Origin: Candidatus Bathyarchaeota archaeon
GTDB taxonomy: Archaea; Thermoproteota; Bathyarchaeia; Bathyarchaeales; Bathycorpusculaceae
Length of the DNA stretch: 64,000 nt
Assembly (NCBI GenBank): GCA_963833575.1
Contig: CAWHXY010000004.1
Location: 480,001-544,000 of the forward strand
Direction: 5' to 3'
The notes below the pieces were generated by a model. It was given only the letters and a program-made list of their open reading frames with translations, searched no databases and was not told the origin of the DNA. Positions 49,805 to 58,659 of this stretch are shown one piece after another (position 1 is the first letter of the stretch; every line of letters starts with the position of its first letter). The position numbers and the translations under genes were made by a program.

Positions 49805-50584
49805 TTATAAGGTTAATGACAACTTACCGATGCCATTTACCTGTTTTTTAGGGTTAAAAACGATAAATCTCGAATTCCGCATGTACCTGCCAACCATAGA
49901 AACCAAACCTGCAGCGTCAGTTCCAAGTTTACAGGTTAAAGCATGCTCAAACATACCTAACGCTTCAACGCCAATAATGTCCCTGTTTAACCTGGTTCGT
50001 TCCAGCACTATCTCAATCTCGCCAATTGACGCCCCCAAAATAATTAACCTATCCAAAAGCAATTGCCGCCATAAATTGATTTTTTCAACTTGCTCAGGCG
50101 ACAATTCAGCTTGCAACACGAACTCTTCCGAATCATTTACCTGAACCACCTTGATGATTAGAGGAAGATTTTCGTTAAAACCATAGATCTCAACAATTTT
50201 TTGCAAAGTAACTTTTTGGCCATCGGCAAGTTGGGCTTGCAAACATGCCAAAGGTATGGTTGCTTGAATTATTTTTGGTTCAAAAACTCCAATGTCAACT
50301 ATTAATGCTTGGTTAGTTGTGTCAACTTTGGAGATGTAACCTTTTAGAATAGAAAAATTGTTTATTTTTTTTATGCTTATGGGGCAGGTGCCTATTTTCT
50401 TGTTGATGTAGCTTGTAGCTATAACCTCGTCTTCCCCTGAAATCGAAATACGCACCCACTTGTGGGGTGAATCCAATACTTTTACGTCAACGTCTAAGTT
50501 CTCAAACTCTGATTTTAAAAGGTCATCTATTTGTTTTAGTTGCCGTAAACTAGAAGTTTTGATAAGCAAGGTTAAATCTGTCAT
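49805..50584 (-). CDS. DUF2110-like protein
   Basis: ISGEDE..A..YI, VDIG, E.LG.FEH...CK.GTDA.GL; in the tfe neighbourhood. Confidence 0.75.
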   Translation of the reverse strand: MTDLTLLIKTSSLRQLKQIDDLLKSEFENLDVDVKVLDSPHKWVRISISGEDEVIATSYINKKIGTCPISIKKINNFSILKGYISKVDTTNQALIVDIGVFEPKIIQATIPLACLQAQLADGQKVTLQKIVEIYGFNENLPLIIKVVQVNDSEEFVLQAELSPEQVEKINLWRQLLLDRLIILGASIGEIEIVLERTRLNRDIIGVEALGMFEHALTCKLGTDAAGLVSMVGRYMRNSRFIVFNPKKQVNGIGKLSLTL

Positions 50585-51111
50585 TTTGGCTTGTCCATCA
50601 AGGTTACTATTTCTTCATGAAGCTTTCTAACTCTTTCTGCTGCCTCAGCCTTATTATCCATTTGAAGCCGCCTAATTTCTAAGTCAATTGGAACGCGTTT
50701 TGACTTGTCAATTAGTTTATCTGCGTATGAAACAATTTTCTCCTCCAACGTAAGAGGCACATAAACGTCTTTTGGCCAACCAAACGCTTCGGCTTCTTGA
50801 GCTGTAATTCCACCGCCTACATGCCTCCTAATTATCTTAACCACTGGCTCAGGCAACCCGGCTGATTCAGCTAACTTAGCACCGACAACCCCATGATCAA
50901 CCCCGTGTGTTCTTGAGCGACCAAGGTCATGTAAAAGGGCACCAGCTTCAACCAGTTCGCGGTTTATTTTCAGGTTTTCTTTTTCCAGTTTGTCTGTGAT
51001 TTCTAAGGCCAATTCAGCAACTGCTTCAGCGTGACGAATAACGTTTGGCGAACAATGGTTTTCGCGGAGAAGTCCGATTGCTTGCTCCCTTGAAGGAAGC
51101 TTATTACTCAC
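50581..51111 (-). CDS. HD (HDIG) domain phosphohydrolase
   Basis: H..AV, ALLHDLGR, HG..GA, RHVGGG, TLEEKIVSYADK. Confidence 0.9.
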   Translation of the reverse strand: MSNKLPSREQAIGLLRENHCSPNVIRHAEAVAELALEITDKLEKENLKINRELVEAGALLHDLGRSRTHGVDHGVVGAKLAESAGLPEPVVKIIRRHVGGGITAQEAEAFGWPKDVYVPLTLEEKIVSYADKLIDKSKRVPIDLEIRRLQMDNKAEAAERVRKLHEEIVTLMDKPK

Positions 51112-51616
51112 CGAGCTCTTTCCTCAGCGTATCGACTTTCTCAGATAGTTTATCTACCATTTTTTCGTTTGCAAAATGCTCAAGAGGTTTGCTACAGTTG
51201 GAACAGTGGAAAACTAGTTCAACAGCCTCTTCAAACGGAACCCGTTTGCATTCTGGACTACCGCAATAATAGAAGTCATGGTTCTTTTCATATTCCAAAC
51301 GGACATTAAGCTTCTCTAAAACGCGGCGTTTTTGACTTAAAATAAATCCTTCCAGCTGATCCGGCTGAAGCTTCCAATGAAAAATAAACCATCCAGTTTT
51401 TGGATCACGCGTCCTTCTAAGACTTACAAGGGAATGATCATAAAGTTTGTAGAGAATTTTACGGACGGTATTGAGTCGAATGCCTGTTTTATTGGCAATC
51501 TCGTCATCAGTTATTTCATCTACACCTTTGAGGTGCTCGATGAGAATTACGGCTTCTTGGTCGCCTAGCGCCAAAGCAACTTTCAATAAGGTAGCATCAT
51601 CAATTGTTGATAACAT
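51104..51616 (-). CDS. tfe: transcription factor E alpha
   Basis: TDDEIA...GIRLNTVRKILY.L, RD..TGW, Zn ribbon C..C and FHCSNC. Confidence 0.92.
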   Translation of the reverse strand: MLSTIDDATLLKVALALGDQEAVILIEHLKGVDEITDDEIANKTGIRLNTVRKILYKLYDHSLVSLRRTRDPKTGWFIFHWKLQPDQLEGFILSQKRRVLEKLNVRLEYEKNHDFYYCGSPECKRVPFEEAVELVFHCSNCSKPLEHFANEKMVDKLSEKVDTLRKELGE

Positions 51617-51685
51617 AATCCAATATTTCCTTTTAATATACCCTTATTATTGGAGCAGGGTGTAATAAAAACTCTTCTTGCAAAA

Positions 51686-52276
51686 TTACTCAAATTCCTC
51701 ATTACTTGTAATTTCCTTGCCTCTTTGTTTAGGAACAATTTTAATTTTTGCTTTCTCAAAATCTCTAGCTAACTCTTTACCCTCAAATAATCTGTCTAAA
51801 AATATTGCAAGCGCAGAACATTCTGAGTGAGGCTGGTTCCCAACAGACACGTTAAAGTCAGATACATCGCTTGAATAGAATTCGCCCGGAACCTTCTGGC
51901 TACCAACAACCACAAGAATATCTTTCTTCAAACTTTTAATTCTGCTCAAAATATCGGTTGTTTGAATGTTTTCTCCATAAGCAGTTAAATGAACAACAGC
52001 GCCACCTTCTGATTTCCAATTTCTAACAGCTTTCTTCCAAGAGGTTCCCATTTCAAACTGAAAATTTCCACCCCAACGAGCAGTGATCTTCCTTATTGTT
52101 TGTTCTATATTGGAGTCTTCCACATCTGAAAGGATAAATCCTGAAGCACAAAGTGCACGTGCAGTTAAAGCGACATGAGTAGTTAACCGAACATCCCGCT
52201 GTGGCCTATGACCCCATCTTAAGACAACAACTTTAGGTAATTCACTTGATTTTTGGGTCTGTTTCGAATTTTCCAT
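51686..52276 (-). CDS. trm56: tRNA (cytidine-56-2'-O)-methyltransferase aTrm56
   Basis: LRWGHRPQRDVRLTTHVALTARAL, VHLTAYG, VG.QKVP, NQPHSE. Confidence 0.93.
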   Translation of the reverse strand: MENSKQTQKSSELPKVVVLRWGHRPQRDVRLTTHVALTARALCASGFILSDVEDSNIEQTIRKITARWGGNFQFEMGTSWKKAVRNWKSEGGAVVHLTAYGENIQTTDILSRIKSLKKDILVVVGSQKVPGEFYSSDVSDFNVSVGNQPHSECSALAIFLDRLFEGKELARDFEKAKIKIVPKQRGKEITSNEEFE

Positions 52277-53513
52277 GTAAGTCTTCCACTTTTCGTCTCA
52301 CTTGCTCAGTTATGTCTAAAGGCGCTCCAAAAACAACATCAATGGAATCATTAGTGTAGTTTTCTTTCAGGACATCAGTTTTCCCATGAAGCCACGAGAT
52401 AAAAGGCATGCTTTTGCCAGTTAAAGGAACGGAAAGCTGCGCTTCAACATAATTCTCAAGAATTTTCAGAATTTCTTTTTTCAATAAGTCAAGATTCAGC
52501 ATGCATTTAGCTGAAATGAGAATGGGATTTTTCGTTTTTTCTCTAAGAATTTCCAATTTTTGATTTCGCTCATCTTCCGAGATCAAGTCAATCTTGTTTA
52601 GAGCAGTTATAGTTGGAATGCCTGAAGCGCCCAAACGATCTATTGTTTCTAAGCAGACATTTAATTTCTGCTCAATTTTCTCTATGGGGTCGCTTAAATC
52701 CAAAAGAAGAACAATAAGGTCTGAAAAGATTGTTTCTTCAAGAGTAGAATGAAATGCTTCAATCAAAGAGTGGGGTAAACGATCAATGAAGCCAACAGTG
52801 TCGGTTAAAAGAAACTTGCGGTTAGAAAACTCCACCATTCGCGTAGTGGTTGATAGAGTAGTAAATAATGCTTTATCAACTTCAACGCTCGCTTGTGTTA
52901 AAACGTTAAATAAAGAGCTCTTTCCGGACTTTGTATATCCAGCAAGTGAAATAGTTAGAAAGCCAAGTTCCGTTCGCCTATCACGTTGAAGAACCCGTTT
53001 TTCCCTGATTTTTCTTAGTTTTTTGAGGATTGTTTGAACTTGCCGTTTTATAGCGTCACGGTAAACATCTGCTTCGTACGCTCCAAGACCCATGAAACCC
53101 GGTTGCTCGCTGCCTTTGGCTAACTTCACTTTTTCTTTGGCATGTTTAAGTTCATTTCTAACAGTTGCCAACTGAATTTGTAGTTGAGCTTCAGTTGTGG
53201 TGGCTCTTTTTGTGAAGATTTCTAGAATAAGTTGAAAACGGTCGATTACCTCTACGTGTGTTGCTTTTGCCAGATTGTATGTTTGACGAGTTTTTAGATT
53301 ATTATCAAAAATTACTTTTCCTGCGCCTGTTTCATCAACCAGCTGGGTGAGTTCTTCTACTTTGCCTGCGCCTATTTGGTAGCGTGCGTCAGGCGGTCTT
53401 GTTTGCTCTAATGTGCCGACAACGGTGTAACCCGCAGCTTCGGCTAATCTTTTAAGTTCATCTAGACTTGATTCTTCTCGGTTTAGCCTACGTTGAACTA
53501 TGACGGCTTTCGT
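52242..53513 (-). CDS. hflX: GTPase HflX; probable ACG start
   Basis: G1 AGYTKSGKS, LFTTLSTT, DTVGFI, NKID; frame is open 114 codons upstream of 53171 with HflX N-domain (ELKRLAEAAGY, IGAGKVEEL, VIDRFQLILEIF). Confidence 0.92.
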   Translation of the reverse strand, partial: TKAVIVQRRLNREESSLDELKRLAEAAGYTVVGTLEQTRPPDARYQIGAGKVEELTQLVDETGAGKVIFDNNLKTRQTYNLAKATHVEVIDRFQLILEIFTKRATTTEAQLQIQLATVRNELKHAKEKVKLAKGSEQPGFMGLGAYEADVYRDAIKRQVQTILKKLRKIREKRVLQRDRRTELGFLTISLAGYTKSGKSSLFNVLTQASVEVDKALFTTLSTTTRMVEFSNRKFLLTDTVGFIDRLPHSLIEAFHSTLEETIFSDLIVLLLDLSDPIEKIEQKLNVCLETIDRLGASGIPTITALNKIDLISEDERNQKLEILREKTKNPILISAKCMLNLDLLKKEILKILENYVEAQLSVPLTGKSMPFISWLHGKTDVLKENYTNDSIDVVFGAPLDITEQVRRKVEDLHGKFETDPKIK

Positions 53514-54019
53514 TTTGACGCCGTCTCCTCGTCTCTATCTATCTCGACGATATCACCCAAAGTTAAGTCTTGGCTGGCAGACTTTGGAATCTGATTTACC
53601 TTCTCTTGAGAAATTGGCACAAGCAACTTGATTTTTAACATATGTTCAAGTTTTGAGGCAAGCTGATTATTTGGAGCCATCTTGCCAACTTCCAGATTTC
53701 TTAAAACCGAAGCTTTCTCATTTATTTTCTTACCCAGTTCCTCATGAGTAAGCATCAACTTTTCCCGAGCGACCCTAATCTTACTTGAATAGTCTTCGGC
53801 AACTTCTTGAGTGATTTGAACTTCAGCAGTCATAGGTTTTCTTTGGACCATGGTGACCGGCGCCTGCGGTTTCTTGAGAGCTTGTCTAGGAGCAGCGGGT
53901 TCAGCATAAACTATTTTTCCATGCTTAGAACATTCAACACAAACAGTCATTCTAGCCCCTTCAATAACAGCCATAATTGGTTCATCATGAATTTTGTGTC
54001 CGCAGACTTCACATCTCAA
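53498..54019 (-). CDS. mbf1: archaeal multiprotein bridging factor aMBF1
   Basis: CEVCG...IEGA...VC..C zinc ribbon plus IR.ARE..LT.EEL HTH and TLGD. Confidence 0.92.
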   Translation of the reverse strand: MRCEVCGHKIHDEPIMAVIEGARMTVCVECSKHGKIVYAEPAAPRQALKKPQAPVTMVQRKPMTAEVQITQEVAEDYSSKIRVAREKLMLTHEELGKKINEKASVLRNLEVGKMAPNNQLASKLEHMLKIKLLVPISQEKVNQIPKSASQDLTLGDIVEIDRDEETASKRKPS

Positions 54020-54104
54020 TGTTAACTTTCACCCTTTAACTGTCTTTATTATATTGTTATGTTTATACTTGTCGAAACAACAAAAATGTATCGATGGTGA
54101 AAAT

Positions 54105-54572
54105 GTGGAGAACCCGCTTGGCAAAGTGAGGGCTGTCGCCGATTACCAGTTTGGAAAAGGGGTTGGCGAAAAGCTGTTTCCAGAAAACATACAAATAGAA
54201 TATTCACCGAGGACAGGTAGAATACGTTTCATTAGTCTAGACGGAAAAAGACTTGCAACTCTGCGCCCAACTGACGGGTTACTTTCTTTAAGTATTAAGG
54301 CAGCCAAGTTCATGGCAGAAAATACACCCTTCGCACAATGTTTCGTTACGGCAAAAAATGACGTTTCCAAATTTATCGCTAAAGGCGGAGACGTTTTTGC
54401 CGTCCACGTAGTCAAAGTTGACAGCGAGATTTGCGCAAAAGATGAAGTCATCTTAAAAGATGAATCGGGAAATGTTTTAGCTGTTGGAAGAGCATTGCTT
54501 TCAAGTGCAGAGATAACCGTTTTTAAAACTGGACCAGCAATTAAGGTAAGACATGGAGTCAATGAAAGTTAA
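54105..54572 (+). CDS. PUA-domain RNA-binding protein
   Basis: ADYQFG, S..TGRIR, LATLR..DG, GDVFA.HV, AVGRA, KVRHG; GTG after GGTGA. Confidence 0.85.
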   Translation: MENPLGKVRAVADYQFGKGVGEKLFPENIQIEYSPRTGRIRFISLDGKRLATLRPTDGLLSLSIKAAKFMAENTPFAQCFVTAKNDVSKFIAKGGDVFAVHVVKVDSEICAKDEVILKDESGNVLAVGRALLSSAEITVFKTGPAIKVRHGVNES

Positions 54573-54670
54573 TTTTCCCAATGCCTTCAACTTAATTTTA
54601 GTTTAAGTTCGTTTGGCAAGTCCTTATTCTTATTTACATACAAAGGAAATCTAGCAATACATCTCTGTCT

Positions 54671-55368
54671 TCAGGAAATCCGAACTTCTAATTTTTCATA
54701 ACACAAATCCAATCTATATTTCTCCCCCAAAACTCTTTGAATGATTTTTCTGTATTTTGGTAATATGGATCTTCCTCGCCAAGTACTCTTATCAGCAAAC
54801 TTTTTTATTTCGGTCGATGGCTCGAAATAAGGAAAAGCGTTTCTGACACTGAGAACAAAAGGAGGATACCCATAATACATATCGATTCAACTAGAGATTA
54901 TGCTACCGGTCCTTTGATTGCCTTCAATAATAATTGAGGATGCCCCAGAACAGCGACATACACCTCTGCCGCCACTTTCAAAGGATGAGGCTCTTTCTTC
55001 AAATGATTTGAGTACAAACGAGCAATTGGACCAATGTTTTTGTGATATTTTTCTGAATTAGCATCAATTGCTTTTGCATACTCTTTTCTTAATCGAAAAT
55101 CTAAGCCATAATGAACCAAATTATTTAACTTGCACATTTCTTCAAAACTTTCCTCGAAAATGGTTCAATGCCCTCCGTAAATAAAATATCTAAAAAACCA
55201 TAGGCACTCATCATTTTAGCTCTAATATCAGCATTAAATGGAGTGTCCTTTCTACCTATCTTTCTCAAATCTAATTCATCATCAATCTTTTTCTAATTTT
55301 CCTCTACGTGGTCAAAGATTTATCAATTTTCTCCAAATTTAATCGCAGTATTTCCTTTTTTTATTCAT
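54671..55368 (-). pseudogene. Fic/Doc-like pseudogene with frameshifts and stops
   Basis: Fragments across frames: LRLNLEKID, MMSAYGFLD, AAEVYVAVLGHPQL / IEGNQRTGSIISS* / YPPFVLSV...YFEPSTEIK. Confidence 0.6.
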
Positions 55369-55535
55369 CTAACCTATCTGGTGTATTCTCATATCTAAAA
55401 TAGATTACCTGAATCAAACAATCTCATCACTCGAAAAAATACAAACAGCAAAAACCAAAAGAATTAATATTTTTTTAATCCGTTAACCATTATTGAAAAG
55501 CGATTGCACTCGCTACTATAGTTATTAGATTCTTT

Positions 55536-56201
55536 CTAAATCTTTTGAAATGTCAGTTCCCTTCCCTTTTTTCCAGTGATTCGAATAATGTCACTTTTTC
55601 TTAGGCAGTAGGTTATTTGCTGTGCAGTCCTTACTGGAATCTTGGTTAACTTCGCTAACTCTTTGTTAGTGAAAACTTTGTTTAGGCTATGTGGAAATAT
55701 TTTAATATAATCCGTCTTGTTTTGAAAGAGAATTCGATCGTTTACTTTCAATAGTCTTCTGTCTATGATGCTAACCCCTCTTCTTCTCCAACTTCCTTTT
55801 CCATCGTCACGTCTTATCTCTTCTTCATCGATGAATAAAACTTCTAAAGAAAAGTTCTCTTTTCCGATTATTTGCGGGATCATAATCAGTTCTTGAAATA
55901 GATCGGTTAACTTTCCTTTTCGGGGGGATATGCTTTTTTTCTCGACTACATTGTCTTTGTTAATGTAGGTTATCAATTTCTTTTCTGCTATAGGATAGAC
56001 TAGCCTTACTTGGTGTTTTTCTGTAAGTGTTTGGAGTTTTTCCTTGAGGAGTGAAAAATTCTTGGTCTGAACTTCTATGATTAAATTTCCCCTTAAGATA
56101 TCGACAATGTACTTCCCTAATTTGACCTCAAATTGGTCTCCAGGAAGTGAATATACTTTCTTGATTTTTGAATGAAGGGAGCACTCGTTCATTATCCTCA
56201 A
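55536..56201 (-). CDS. putative PD-(D/E)xK nuclease-like protein with C-terminal HTH
   Basis: NE.SLH..IK, EV...YIVDI.RG..IIEVQT; FTNKELA...AQQITYCLR. Confidence 0.6.
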   Translation of the reverse strand: MRIMNECSLHSKIKKVYSLPGDQFEVKLGKYIVDILRGNLIIEVQTKNFSLLKEKLQTLTEKHQVRLVYPIAEKKLITYINKDNVVEKKSISPRKGKLTDLFQELIMIPQIIGKENFSLEVLFIDEEEIRRDDGKGSWRRRGVSIIDRRLLKVNDRILFQNKTDYIKIFPHSLNKVFTNKELAKLTKIPVRTAQQITYCLRKSDIIRITGKKGRELTFQKI

Positions 56202-56319
56202 ATGATTATCTGTAACTAATAAGCCTGATTTTCATATTGCATGCGTGAACAAGAAGGCTCACATTTACTATTCGAAAAGATCTGGAAATTAATTAATTGT
56301 TCCTTTCTTTTGTTTTGGC

Positions 56320-56808
56320 TTATACTTTCAGTTTTGAAGCGAACTCTTCCGCATGTTTAAGGTCTTCAGCGTTAGGTCTACCTTTGTTGATTCCACCGAA
56401 CCATTTGAGGAATTTGTTAGTATTAAAACCAGCACAACCAAACTCATCAACAATCAAGCAGCCTTTAGATTGAAGTTTTTCTTTAAGTGTTAAGTGACAT
56501 TTTCGAGTGTACTCTTCTAATCGTTGTTGTCCAGAAATTCCCACGGGCATTCCACTAGTTGAGAAGAGAAAGGCTTTCATATCGGTCATTTGCGGGAGTT
56601 TATCTGCAAGTTCAAGCAGACTTTCGTGGTGTTTGCCAACATATACTCCAGAGCCAAATCCTACAAGGTCATATTGGGTAAACTCTTCGGGGTTAACTTG
56701 TTGCGGTGATTTTATTTGTGCGTCAAGCATTTTTGCCATGACTTCCGCTATTTTTTGGGTGTTGTTGTGATGATAAGAAACTAAAACAATCAAAGACTTG
56801 ATGGACAA
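56320..56808 (-). CDS. flavodoxin family protein
   Basis: SYHHNNTQKIA, YDLVGFGSGVY, FSTSG, GRP..EDL..A. Confidence 0.9.
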   Translation of the reverse strand: MSIKSLIVLVSYHHNNTQKIAEVMAKMLDAQIKSPQQVNPEEFTQYDLVGFGSGVYVGKHHESLLELADKLPQMTDMKAFLFSTSGMPVGISGQQRLEEYTRKCHLTLKEKLQSKGCLIVDEFGCAGFNTNKFLKWFGGINKGRPNAEDLKHAEEFASKLKV

Positions 56809-57051
56809 CTCGACCTTTCCAATTTCAATTTTTATTTCTTAATTACTCCAGATAAAGCGATAGAACCTTTTAAAAGTCGCTATTGGCACTTTTTCGAGAG
56901 AGATTGACAAGAAATCGTTAACCTTCTTCGACAATAGAAAGCTTTGTAAAATTTTTGCTAATCTATTTATAATTAAAATCAAAAAAAGCTCCCTTGGAAA
57001 AGTTAAGTATATCAAGTTCTTCTGTAGAATAATTGGTATAAGTGAAAATCT

Positions 57052-57417
57052 ATGCATAAACGCATGAATCCTCGAGAGCAAAAACGTATGATGCAGCGTA
57101 TGGGCATGAACATGGACACAGTTGCTGACGTCCAACAAGTAATAATTAGAACAGCTAGCAAAGACATCGTAATTGATGAGCCAGAAGTTGCAATTTTACA
57201 AGTGCAGGGACAAAAAATGTACCAGGTTATCGGGGGACAAGTTTCAGAGCAATCGCCATCACAGCTCCAAACAGCACAAGTTGCTCAACCTACATTTTCG
57301 GAAGAAGACGTTAGGTTAGTGGCGGATCAAACTGGGAAAAGCTTGGAAAAAGCAAAAGATGCTCTTGAGGAATGCCAGGGAGATTTGGCTAAAGCAATCT
57401 TGCTTCTTCAATCTTAA
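57052..57417 (+). CDS. nac: nascent polypeptide-associated complex protein
   Basis: NPR...RMMQRMGM, YQV.G, EEDV.LVA.Q, GDLA.AI. Confidence 0.93.
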   Translation: MHKRMNPREQKRMMQRMGMNMDTVADVQQVIIRTASKDIVIDEPEVAILQVQGQKMYQVIGGQVSEQSPSQLQTAQVAQPTFSEEDVRLVADQTGKSLEKAKDALEECQGDLAKAILLLQS

Positions 57418-57469
57418 TTTTAAGGTTATATCTAAGATGCCTTATTTATCTTCATGAAGGGCTTGGGCA

Positions 57470-58393
57470 GTGCTTCAGAACGTAGACATAGCGGTAATTG
57501 GACATCTCTCAATCGATACAATTTTATTACCCACAAGAAAGCTCCCGTTTGTAGTACTAGGCGGAGCTGCAACCTACACTTCGTTTGCTGCTAAACGTTT
57601 GGACGCGACAGCTTCCGTTATCTCTAGAGTTGGGGGAAATTTTCCAGAAGCTTATTTGTGGTGGCTGAGGCAAGAAGGCATTGATCTTTCAGGCGTAACC
57701 AAAAAAGCTGATGAACCGTCCACATGTTTTGAACTCAAATATAATGATGACTTGTCTGAGAGAGTTCTGAAATTGAAAAGCAAAGGCGCACCAATAAGCT
57801 TGGATGATGTTCCAACAGATTTGCAGGCCAAAGCCATTCATATTGCGCCAATAGCCAACGAAGTGTCGCTTGAAGTAGTTGAGCATATAAAACAATGTGC
57901 AGATATTCTCTCAATTGACCCTCAAGGTTTACTTCGAAGCTTCGACGAAGCAGGAAACGTCACCGAAAACGCTTCAGTTGATACTACAATATTTAGTTTA
58001 ATCAACATTTACAAGTCATCACAGAACGAAATTTATAAACTGACTGGCGAGTCAGACCTAAAGCAAGCAATAAAAGCGATTCATGACGTTGGAGTTGAAA
58101 CCGTAATCGTGACCATGGGAGCTAAAGGGTCAGTTCTCTCAGTTGAAGGAGCACAATACAATATTGCTGCTTGCCCTTCACAGGTGCTAGTTGATCCAAC
58201 AGGTGCAGGAGACGTTTTCATAGGCGGCTTCTTAACAGAGTACCTGCGACAAAAAGATTCAACATGGTGTGCCTGTGTCGGTTCGGCTGCAGCTTCTGTA
58301 GTTGTTGAAGGTTTAGGTCCAACTTATTTTGGCAAGAAAGAAGAAATCTATCGGAGAGCCAAAACGTTGTATGAAAAGGAACTTAAGCAATAG
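57470..58393 (+). CDS. PfkB-family carbohydrate/nucleoside kinase
   Basis: LGGAA, IDPQG, VTMG.KG, VDPTGAGDVF.GGF. Confidence 0.9.
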   Translation: MLQNVDIAVIGHLSIDTILLPTRKLPFVVLGGAATYTSFAAKRLDATASVISRVGGNFPEAYLWWLRQEGIDLSGVTKKADEPSTCFELKYNDDLSERVLKLKSKGAPISLDDVPTDLQAKAIHIAPIANEVSLEVVEHIKQCADILSIDPQGLLRSFDEAGNVTENASVDTTIFSLINIYKSSQNEIYKLTGESDLKQAIKAIHDVGVETVIVTMGAKGSVLSVEGAQYNIAACPSQVLVDPTGAGDVFIGGFLTEYLRQKDSTWCACVGSAAASVVVEGLGPTYFGKKEEIYRRAKTLYEKELKQ

Positions 58394-58434
58394 CAGTATA
58401 ATTACGTATTAAACTAATTACCGAGGCTTCAATT

Positions 58435-58644
58435 GTGGGTCGTATAGAAAAAGGGCAAAAATGCAATGTGTCAGGTTGCAGCCAAGAAGCTGCCCGTTCA
58501 ATTTCAGCTGACAAAGTTAAGGCTGCTGGCTTAAATGTTAGCAGCAAAGAAAGCCGAGCTTACATTTGCAAAGAACATTATAAAGAATTTAAGAAAAAGA
58601 CTAAAAAAGATAAAACGATTGATAAGTGGCGTTACGGCCGCTAG
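58435..58644 (+). CDS. small basic zinc-binding protein
   Basis: C.VSGC...A.RS...YICKEHYK; operon-like position before thrS. Confidence 0.8.
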   Translation: MGRIEKGQKCNVSGCSQEAARSISADKVKAAGLNVSSKESRAYICKEHYKEFKKKTKKDKTIDKWRYGR

Positions 58645-58659
58645 AAAGGGTGAAGCGCT

